Below are positions 9,292 to 16,936 of a stretch of 24,787 bases of DNA, piece after piece. Below the pieces are notes generated by a model. It did no database searches. It saw only the letters and a list, made by a program, of their open reading frames with translations, and had not been told where the DNA came from. Numbering within the stretch: the first letter of the stretch is position 1; every line of letters begins with the position of its first letter. Source of the DNA: Candidatus Microgenomates bacterium. GTDB taxonomy: Bacteria > Patescibacteriota > Microgenomatia > UBA1406 > GWC2-37-13. The DNA lies in NCBI GenBank assembly GCA_016178125.1, contig JACOTV010000106.1, forward strand, positions 1 through 24,787. The letters run 5' to 3'. The position numbers and the translations under genes are program-made.

Positions 9292-9302
9292 CCGTAAGAA
9301 GG

Positions 9303-9308
9303 TATAAT
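9303..9308 (+). promoter_or_regulatory. -10 box TATAAT, 6 nt upstream of ATG 9315
   Basis: GGTATAATTATCGTATG in the 23-nt gap after the hydrolase gene. Confidence 0.6.
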
Positions 9309-9314
9309 TATCGT

Positions 9315-10025
9315 ATGGTTCCCGAAACGTTTCCCCAGCCTACTGATGTACTCGCTCCCTTTGCGTATGCAGATTTGCTTGTGCAGCATCAGGTGATTGG
9401 CTCAGATCGACGCGATGAGGCGGCTGCTATCATTATGACCACCCCAACGTCGCTTCATTTACGAGAAGGATCGAAACTGTTGGTCGACAAGATACTTCAT
9501 GGCGGAAGCGATGTGATACTCTGGACCCAGGGCGACCCCGAGATGCAGCGCGCAAAGACCTCTACTTCGACACTTCTTGAAATGGGACAAGCAGCGCACG
9601 GAACTATATCGGCACTATGCGAATCCGACAAAATAGAGTCCCTTGGGAAAGTTATCACCAAAGAGTCGCTTGAGGGGAAAAACAGACTCGTGTTTGTCGA
9701 CGATAAGGCCGAACAATTGCTTCGCGCATATCAATCGATTCTTAAGCTAAAAGAAGTCGATCACATACCGATTCCGCACGATATCGAATACGTATGGATG
9801 CGTGTAGACCCCCATACAAGTCATAAGCTTCCTGAAGGATTTGTATCGAAAGAAAAACTCGCGGATTTTATGGATGGTCGACTTGCTGATGTCGCCGATA
9901 TTTCGGGAATTCCAGTATACGCTCAGACCCTCTACTTTCTCGATTTCGATAGAACGCTTTTTGATTTACCAAGGTGGCTTAGGGTCGTGCAGGACAGAAT
10001 CGCTAGCGAGTTGAGCCAGAGGTAA
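9315..10025 (+). CDS. HAD-superfamily phosphatase-like protein with motif I at the C-terminus (probable circular permutation)
   Basis: Motif II ILWT71QGD, motif III K106, motif IV VFVD129D130K, then motif I LYFLD210FD212RTLFD. Confidence 0.7.
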   Translation: MVPETFPQPTDVLAPFAYADLLVQHQVIGSDRRDEAAAIIMTTPTSLHLREGSKLLVDKILHGGSDVILWTQGDPEMQRAKTSTSTLLEMGQAAHGTISALCESDKIESLGKVITKESLEGKNRLVFVDDKAEQLLRAYQSILKLKEVDHIPIPHDIEYVWMRVDPHTSHKLPEGFVSKEKLADFMDGRLADVADISGIPVYAQTLYFLDFDRTLFDLPRWLRVVQDRIASELSQR

Positions 10026-12243
10026 ACGGCTGGCTTCCACGACAGAACGCGCGTTCGGTTCCGCGGACAAAGACCTCGCGTTTATTTCCCCCGCAGGCAA
10101 CTTCTACGATATTTGCAGGTTTCTTATACCACGATTCTTTTGTTGAGTAATTGGTCAGAAGATACGACATCATTTTGTTCCATATGGGCGCGGCTCCCGT
10201 AATACCCGAGGTAAGTGCTTGATTCATGGGAGTATTATCATTGTTGCCTACCCAGACAACTACCAAATAGTCGGGGGTGTACCCTATGGTCCAGTTATCT
10301 TTCTTGCTGTCGGTAGTACCGGTCTTAACAGCTACTTTGTATCCGGGTATTTCAAGCGCTGAACGGGGTCCAAATGCGGCAATACGGGCGATATTATCGG
10401 ACATAATATCCGAAAGTATGTATGCCGATTCTTCGCTCATCACCCGGCGCGGTTCCTTAGATCGCTCATATAATACTTTGCCATCAGTCTGAGTTATTTT
10501 AAGAAACGGCGTAACTGGCATCTTAGCCCCGAGATTCGCAAACACGCCGTACGCAGTTCCCATATCGACCATGGTAACTTCTCCGCCGCCTAGGGCAAGC
10601 GAGAGACCGTATCTGCTACTGTCACCCCAGGTACTAATACCGAGTGTCTTTGCAAAGCCAATAAAATCAGACAAGCCGATCGATTGGAGTGTTTTAACCG
10701 CTGGAATGTTATATGAATTCGCAAGCGCCATACGAAGTGTTACACGCCCATGAAATCGCTCGTCATAATTAACTGGTCTGTACGGCTCTGCTCCCGGCTG
10801 GGAAAAGTTTGTCGGCGAATCGTCGATCTGGGTCATGCTGGTCATGCCATGCTCTATCGCCATCGAATACACCAAAGGTTTTATCGAGCTTCCCGGCTGT
10901 CTGGTTGCGGTTGTTACATTGAATGCACCATAGGGAGATTCGTAATAATTTTTTGAGCCAACCATCGCTAAAATCTCACCAGTCGATGGTTTCGTAACCA
11001 ATATTGCCCCATTTGAAACGTTTAAATTGCGAATCTTTGCGATTTCTTCAGAAAGTATTTCTTCGGCTTTCTTCTGGATCGTGCTGTCAAGAGAGGTATA
11101 CACATTCAGTCCTCCCTCTTCAACGTCTCGGATGCCAAACTCTTTTTCGAGCTCTCCCTTGGTATAAAACACAAAATGCGGTGCGTCGATATTAGACGAA
11201 GGTTGAGCAATGGTCACTTCCTTAGATTGTGCTGCAGCATAATCCTGAGCATCTATGTATCCCTGTTCATACATTCGTAAGAGCACGTCGTTGCGGCGTG
11301 ATTTGGCAAGATTCGGATTTACAAATGGTGAGTATGCCGATGGAGCTTGGGGAAGGCCGGCCAGGAGCGCGGCTTCGGCGATCGTAAGTTCGCGCGCATG
11401 TTTGCCGTAAAACGTCTGTGCTGCTTCCTCGATACCATAGGCCGATCCACCATACGGTACTTGGTTAAGATACATTTCAAGTACCTGTCGCTTTGTATAC
11501 AATCGTTCCGTCCACAATGCCAGCAACATTTCTCGTGCTTTTCTCAGAAGAGTACGCTCTGGCGAAAGAAGCGAACTCTTAACCAGCTGTTGAGTAATCG
11601 TCGATCCTCCTTGAATCCCTTTAAAGTTACGATTTACCACTGCCTCCTTTATCGCGCGACCAATACCACCTATAAACGACACACCTTTGTGCTTAAAAAA
11701 ATCCTTGTCTTCAATTGCAATCGAGGCTTCGTATATATAGGGGGGCATGTCGTTAAGACGCACCGGCGTTCTGTTCTCATCGCGATATATTTCAAACAGT
11801 TGCTTTCCTGCACGGTCATATATATGGGTCGACAGGGCATAATTTACTTTTCCTATATTTGTTGGTGAGGGTAGGCTCTTGACGAGCAAATATGACTGAT
11901 AGGAAACGAACACAATGAATGAAGTTATAAAGCCTATAACAAAATATTTCAGTTTGAAGAACATACCGAGGATCGCACGCTTTTTACGCCGCTTGGGCAA
12001 CGGTGAAAAAGTAGCCTTTTGATGCTTTTTGATACTGTTTCGTTTATGTTTATTGTTCAATAATGACGAAATAGGACTATATATCAGTCTAAATATCGAC
12101 AATATTGCATGTGCTACCCTCTTAACGAGATTTGCTCCGGTACCCACGAACCAAATGATTTTTTTTACGATAAATCTGAGAGCATCACCTATGAAGATCA
12201 AAACATTAATTGCAAAGTAGAGTATATAGTAAATGATTTTCAT
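10003..12243 (-). CDS. Class A penicillin-binding protein (PBP1A-type transglycosylase/transpeptidase)
   Basis: GT51 motifs IAIEDKDF, QGGSTITQQLVK, RKAREM, LEMYLN; transpeptidase SxxK (SSIK), SxN (SYN), KTGT; N-terminal membrane anchor. Confidence 0.95.
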   Translation of the reverse strand: MKIIYYILYFAINVLIFIGDALRFIVKKIIWFVGTGANLVKRVAHAILSIFRLIYSPISSLLNNKHKRNSIKKHQKATFSPLPKRRKKRAILGMFFKLKYFVIGFITSFIVFVSYQSYLLVKSLPSPTNIGKVNYALSTHIYDRAGKQLFEIYRDENRTPVRLNDMPPYIYEASIAIEDKDFFKHKGVSFIGGIGRAIKEAVVNRNFKGIQGGSTITQQLVKSSLLSPERTLLRKAREMLLALWTERLYTKRQVLEMYLNQVPYGGSAYGIEEAAQTFYGKHARELTIAEAALLAGLPQAPSAYSPFVNPNLAKSRRNDVLLRMYEQGYIDAQDYAAAQSKEVTIAQPSSNIDAPHFVFYTKGELEKEFGIRDVEEGGLNVYTSLDSTIQKKAEEILSEEIAKIRNLNVSNGAILVTKPSTGEILAMVGSKNYYESPYGAFNVTTATRQPGSSIKPLVYSMAIEHGMTSMTQIDDSPTNFSQPGAEPYRPVNYDERFHGRVTLRMALANSYNIPAVKTLQSIGLSDFIGFAKTLGISTWGDSSRYGLSLALGGGEVTMVDMGTAYGVFANLGAKMPVTPFLKITQTDGKVLYERSKEPRRVMSEESAYILSDIMSDNIARIAAFGPRSALEIPGYKVAVKTGTTDSKKDNWTIGYTPDYLVVVWVGNNDNTPMNQALTSGITGAAPIWNKMMSYLLTNYSTKESWYKKPANIVEVACGGNKREVFVRGTERAFCRGSQPFTSGSTR

Positions 12244-12250
12244 CCACGGT

Positions 12251-12259
12251 ATTGTAACA
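12251..12259 (-). promoter_or_regulatory. Extended -10 promoter (TGtTACAAT), 7 nt upstream of the PBP ATG
   Basis: Reverse complement of 12251-12259 is TGTTACAAT; ATG at 12243. Confidence 0.6.
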
Positions 12260-12325
12260 TATATCCCAAGACGCCCACAATACTAATATGCGGATTTGCG
12301 ATACAATCCAACGCAAACGCGCGTA

Positions 12326-13123
12326 CTATAATGACGGAAGAGCGGTAAGGCGGGCCTTGACGACAAGCCGATTCCAATATGTCCCCGGTGGAACGCAGGT
12401 AATAAGAGTTACGTTAGCAGAGTCGTAACTTTGGTCAAGAACCGAAATCTGGTCTGGCTTAACTACGAACATATCATAGATTTCGTACTGATAAGATACA
12501 TCGGCGGCTTTTATGGCGATACGATCTCCTTTGTTGAGTGACGGCAAGTAGGTAAAGATTGTCTTGTAGTCTTTCACGTTATAAAGCTGTGGAAGCGTGG
12601 AATGGCCGAAAATAACCACATTCCCATTTTCGCCCGGCATGGTGACCGGCAGATAATGTATTAAACTCTCGGCAAGATTCTCGCCGCCCACCGTAACATG
12701 AGCATCCTTGATGTTTAACTTCGGTATGGAGAGATAATAATCCTTAAGCCATGGCTTTTTCTGGGGCTTTACATCGGCGATATCTTGCTCTGGCACCGTA
12801 GAATGCATTGTCTTACTGTCAGGAGCTGCAACCGACTTTGCTGTTGGGAACCACATACTTGCTTGCGTAAAGTCGCGAACATTATTAGAATACGTCAGTT
12901 TGTTTACGCTCACATTATTTGAGAGTTCGCTCGCTTTGGCAACGGGTATGGGACTTCGCAAGCCGTTCTGAAAAAAAACGCGTGAATACAGCTCAAACGA
13001 TATAACGGGATAAAATGCCCAGAACAGTAAAAAGGCACCAGCGGTAAGCGATAAATAGGATACGGCCGTCGCGACTTTTTTTTCCTTGATTCGCGTTTCC
13101 TTTCGGTATGTTTTTAATGCCAT
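12326..13123 (-). CDS. Sortase (class D/E-like)
   Basis: N-terminal TM helix; catalytic His (IFGHS), Cys (TLITC) and Arg (NRLVVKA). Confidence 0.92.
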   Translation of the reverse strand: MALKTYRKETRIKEKKVATAVSYLSLTAGAFLLFWAFYPVISFELYSRVFFQNGLRSPIPVAKASELSNNVSVNKLTYSNNVRDFTQASMWFPTAKSVAAPDSKTMHSTVPEQDIADVKPQKKPWLKDYYLSIPKLNIKDAHVTVGGENLAESLIHYLPVTMPGENGNVVIFGHSTLPQLYNVKDYKTIFTYLPSLNKGDRIAIKAADVSYQYEIYDMFVVKPDQISVLDQSYDSANVTLITCVPPGTYWNRLVVKARLTALPSL

Positions 13124-13136
13124 ATGATATAGATAC

Positions 13137-15266
13137 TTATTGATACTCCACTTCGACAGTAACGTTTTTCTTCATGATCGGCGTATACATATTCAGCACC
13201 GGAAGATTGGGTGTGGTAACCACACGGATACCCGTTGCATGAAACCCGTCTTTTACTATCTTATCAAGTGCGGAGACTGCTTTACCACTCATCCGCGAGA
13301 CAAGCTGCGACCTGTCAAAAACCGGCACGGCTTTTGAGGTTACTTTGAAGGTAACAGCACGCGCCTCGGGGTCGTCCTTTTTATCAATTCTCACAATGCG
13401 GTATGCAACCGTTTCTGCCTGTACCCGCGTTCCGCCGGCAAGTCCATGACTTAATTCCTTGGTGAATGCTGCTTTTAACGCATTTTCGTCGTATGTGTAA
13501 TAAGTAGTCTTAGCATCTGCGGTCAGTGAGATCGATTCAGCTTCGTCACCCGCCTTTTTTGAGAGTTTCTCACCGTCTAAGCTCACATCGGTCAAGTCTT
13601 CGACGATCACCTTGCCTGAACCGATTTTCGCCCTCAAATTAGCGGCAGTTTCCTTCTTAGCTTGTTCCATTACACTCGCTCGTAGTTTATTTATGTCGGT
13701 TGTCGATGCAACGCGAATCTGCTTCTTTGAACCCCCGCTAAATGCATTTTCTGTCTTTGCGATTACCGTACTTGAAGATTCACCCTGAATGTTCAGTTTT
13801 GTCCCCGATCCGATGTTGTATTCGGTCCCGATGTCGCCTGCTATGGCGGTTACCTTCGCAGTACTTGAACGGATGTCTGAGGCGTCCCCCGAGGCCGACG
13901 CAACTTTCACATCAGTCTCGAGAACAAACGAAAGATTGTTTGGACCTGTCAATTTCGTGCCTTTTGCGAGTGTTTGGCTTTCTGAAAGGCTACTATTGTA
14001 TATGGTCACTGTGCCTTTTGCCTTCTCCCCAACCTGCTTTTGGCCGGTTGTTTGCGCAGTCCCATCTACCTTACGTAAATCGGTTCCTTCATCGAGTTTA
14101 AGATCGCTTCCTATCGTGACGTCTTTATCGATTTGTTTCGCCGGGAAGGTTACTTGTACTTGAGCTTTGTGCAGAAAGTATTCAGTCGCGCCAAGCCCCA
14201 CTAGGACGAGCGCAACAACCACGACGGCAACTATCGGCAACATATGCCCGATAGACGGTACGGATATTTTTGGCATACGAATCTTAGGAACCACTCCCTT
14301 GGCCTTTTTGGCAGGAGTCGGGGGGGAGGCTTGCGCCGTAGTTTGTTGATCATCGTCGTCGCCGATCATAAAGCCCATAACCTGATTGGGGGTTTCCCGT
14401 ATATTACTTTCCTCGGGAACGATCGATGAAACTTCTGAGAAGGTAAATCCTTCCTCCATTGTTTCAAGGACCTCAGAAGGTGCCGCTGTCGCCGTTACAC
14501 TTGGCGTGGCTACCTGCATTTCATCTGTGTGGTGAATTTGCCGAGCAAACACATCGACCAAACTTTTGTGCAGATCTTCTTGGGTGAGTATGTCGATCTT
14601 GGGGGCTGTCGGAAATATCTCTTCGCTCCACCTGTTGGAAAGCAAGGTCGACACGTCGTTTGTGAGCGACTTTTCGTCATACATGATCAACCTGTTCGGG
14701 AGAACATAGTGTTGTTTCAGCGACTGAAACACAGGAGTCAACGTATCTATCACGTTTCCACTTCGGGCTAAGGTCTCTTGGTGAATATTATTGCCGCCTT
14801 GATAAAGGGTTATGGTTACGACGGTTCGGTCAAATTCCAACAGAATCATGTGAAGCGGAGCATGTTCACGAGCTTTAAAATGCTCAATAATTGCTTCCTG
14901 GCACTCTATATATCCAAGCGGTTTGAGGTCGAGACTCTTAGCAAGTTCTTTGATTTTTGAAAGAAACGGTCGCTTGATTTCGCGGTGCTGCGGATCGACA
15001 AAATGAGAATATATGAAAAAGATCGCCTGCTGCGGAGCAAGATGTGTTTTGGTTTCTAGTCGATAGAGGACTTCGTCTATATCGTCGACCAATTGCTCCC
15101 AACCGTTACTGTAGTTGAAGTACTCGGTACCGAGTATCTTAAGCCCTGCATGACCGTCTTCTAGGTACATAACGACACCATCTTGTTCCTTAAAGAAGAT
15201 CCCAATAAAAACGTCGTGCTTTTCTTCGGGCTTATTTTTTTTCTTTAAAAACGGAAGAGATATCAT
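13137..15266 (-). CDS. Single-pass membrane protein: degenerate FtsA/PilM-like actin-fold N-terminus, low-complexity linker, TM helix, C-terminal baseplate-J-like domain
   Basis: TM segment LPIVAVVVVALVLVGLG; C-terminal pattern KAKGTVTIYN...KGTKL...SFVL...TAIAGDIGTEYNI...FSGGS typical of baseplate J/gp47-like domains. The N-terminal assignment is tentative. Confidence 0.6.
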   Translation of the reverse strand: MISLPFLKKKNKPEEKHDVFIGIFFKEQDGVVMYLEDGHAGLKILGTEYFNYSNGWEQLVDDIDEVLYRLETKTHLAPQQAIFFIYSHFVDPQHREIKRPFLSKIKELAKSLDLKPLGYIECQEAIIEHFKAREHAPLHMILLEFDRTVVTITLYQGGNNIHQETLARSGNVIDTLTPVFQSLKQHYVLPNRLIMYDEKSLTNDVSTLLSNRWSEEIFPTAPKIDILTQEDLHKSLVDVFARQIHHTDEMQVATPSVTATAAPSEVLETMEEGFTFSEVSSIVPEESNIRETPNQVMGFMIGDDDDQQTTAQASPPTPAKKAKGVVPKIRMPKISVPSIGHMLPIVAVVVVALVLVGLGATEYFLHKAQVQVTFPAKQIDKDVTIGSDLKLDEGTDLRKVDGTAQTTGQKQVGEKAKGTVTIYNSSLSESQTLAKGTKLTGPNNLSFVLETDVKVASASGDASDIRSSTAKVTAIAGDIGTEYNIGSGTKLNIQGESSSTVIAKTENAFSGGSKKQIRVASTTDINKLRASVMEQAKKETAANLRAKIGSGKVIVEDLTDVSLDGEKLSKKAGDEAESISLTADAKTTYYTYDENALKAAFTKELSHGLAGGTRVQAETVAYRIVRIDKKDDPEARAVTFKVTSKAVPVFDRSQLVSRMSGKAVSALDKIVKDGFHATGIRVVTTPNLPVLNMYTPIMKKNVTVEVEYQ

Positions 15267-15323
15267 ATTTGGTTACGCGAATGGATAAGAAAACTGTATT
15301 CATGACAGTCCATGTGCCATTTC

Positions 15324-16919
15324 CTATTGTACCTTAATATTGTATTTAGCGAAGACTTGAGTGACACCTTGGGCAACGGTAGACATCGCCTGGCTATAAC
15401 TTACCCCCTGAATCGTTTGGTCAATCGCAGTCTCCATATATTTGACTATTTCATCGTTTAGTCCGTTATCAAATGTACGGGCGATCATCGGCATAGTTAT
15501 ATACTCTCCGTCTGTTGCCTGTTTTATGACGGGCGCCAAATATTCCTGGTTCGCCAAGAGCGGTGCCAAATCTTTTCTCGAATACGCAGCTCCAAAAAGA
15601 CGTGTTTTGCTTTGCTCGGCGTAGAGCTTGGTCATGGTGTCTTTCTCGGATAAGTACTTTAAAAACTGCCATGCCTGCATTTGGTTCTTGCTAAACTTCG
15701 ATACTCCCTCGGCCCAGTAGCTTGAGATTGACACAATATTCGTTTCGGGCACTTGAGGTACCGGAGCTACTTTCACACGGATTTGCGGATTTGCCGCTTT
15801 TATAGCAAGGATCTCCCATGAGGGCACAAAAATCATCGCCACCTTCTCCTGAATAAAAGCATTTAATGAATTTTGCATCCCCGCGTCCCAGAATGCGCCG
15901 GGTTCCTCGGCAAACTTGCGGTAGGATTCGAGTGCGGCTGCGGCTTCTTTAGAATTAAGCGATTTCATGTCGACCCCGTTTTGAGTCAAAAATAGCGCCA
16001 TAATATCTGAGAAGTGTTCAATGTTCCCGGCAGTCCCAAGCGCTATACCCGAGGTAATGATTTTCTTGTCGTTATTCTGTACGGTAAGTTTTCCAATGTA
16101 GTTGTAAACGTCTATCCACGTTGTTGGTGGATTGTTAATCCCGGCTTTTTTAAAGAGCCCATCGTTATACACCAGAACCAACCCATCTATCATGAGCGGA
16201 ATACCATAATATTTACTTCCTAGTTTGAGGTCATTTTGGTGCACTTTATAAAAAGTACTGTTAAATTCAGCCGTCGACATAACAGACTCAGGAAGGGGCG
16301 CGGCTATGTCGGTAAGCTCGGGAAGCCAGGTATTGTGGTACCTAAAAATATCCGGACCATTTGTTTTTCGGTTAACCAGTTTGTCGCGATAACTGACGGG
16401 ATCCATTTTTTTGTATTCGATCTTGATTTCAGGATGCTTCTTGGTATATTCGTCGATAATCGGTTTCATCGTCTCAGGATCATCCCACAGTCCCCAATAC
16501 AACAGATTTGCCGCAACAGGCTTTGGGGTCTTACGTCCACCTAATAAAAGACCGAGAATAACCGCAAAGACCACCACAAAAATGAGTCCCGCCGCGCCAA
16601 TCACGAGGTATTTGGTGCGGCTATTTGCAGTTGGGCTGTCAGTCGGTGGGATAAACTCCTGTTCAGGCGCAACTTGAGCCGGCGTCAGGTCGGCGGGGAC
16701 TTCCTCGGGGACCAACTGGTCAGCAGATGTAGGTTGTGGAGGCGGTGGTGGGTTCGCCTCTGGGACTGCAGGGGGTGGCATAACTTCGGCTGAAGGCTGT
16801 GGTTGTGGCTGCGGGGGCACCTGGGGAATAGGAGCCGCTTGCGGAGGATCCTCAGCAAGCGGAACGGGAGCCTCAGAATCAGTTTGATTTTGAGGCAGAT
16901 TTACTTTATCATCATCCAT
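15324..16919 (-). CDS. Extracellular solute-binding protein (sugar ABC family 1-like) with Pro-rich N-terminal tail and TM anchor
   Basis: GPDIF, YYGIPLMIDGLVLVYN, PPTTW, AFIQEKVAMIF..SW; TM segment LVIGAAGLIFVVVFAVILGLLL. Start moved from 16943 to ATG 16919 because 16943 overlaps vanW and a -10 box precedes 16919. Confidence 0.85.
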   Translation of the reverse strand: MDDDKVNLPQNQTDSEAPVPLAEDPPQAAPIPQVPPQPQPQPSAEVMPPPAVPEANPPPPPQPTSADQLVPEEVPADLTPAQVAPEQEFIPPTDSPTANSRTKYLVIGAAGLIFVVVFAVILGLLLGGRKTPKPVAANLLYWGLWDDPETMKPIIDEYTKKHPEIKIEYKKMDPVSYRDKLVNRKTNGPDIFRYHNTWLPELTDIAAPLPESVMSTAEFNSTFYKVHQNDLKLGSKYYGIPLMIDGLVLVYNDGLFKKAGINNPPTTWIDVYNYIGKLTVQNNDKKIITSGIALGTAGNIEHFSDIMALFLTQNGVDMKSLNSKEAAAALESYRKFAEEPGAFWDAGMQNSLNAFIQEKVAMIFVPSWEILAIKAANPQIRVKVAPVPQVPETNIVSISSYWAEGVSKFSKNQMQAWQFLKYLSEKDTMTKLYAEQSKTRLFGAAYSRKDLAPLLANQEYLAPVIKQATDGEYITMPMIARTFDNGLNDEIVKYMETAIDQTIQGVSYSQAMSTVAQGVTQVFAKYNIKVQ

Positions 16920-16936
16920 AGATTTATCATACCAGA
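16920..16936. promoter_or_regulatory. Bidirectional promoter with overlapping -10 boxes: TATCAT (+, 16925-16930) and TGgTATGAT (-, 16934-16926)
   Basis: Each hexamer is exactly 6 nt from its ATG (16937 on +, 16919 on -). Confidence 0.65.

Noticed and set aside
11347-11868. 173-aa plus-strand ORF inside the PBP gene, and the other short antisense or alternate-frame ORFs in the track
   Set aside because: Fully nested in well-supported genes, no recognisable motifs.
13137-15266. Prophage or contractile injection system suggested by the baseplate-J-like domain
   Set aside because: No tail, sheath, capsid, integrase or other phage genes in the window, and the flanks are housekeeping envelope genes.
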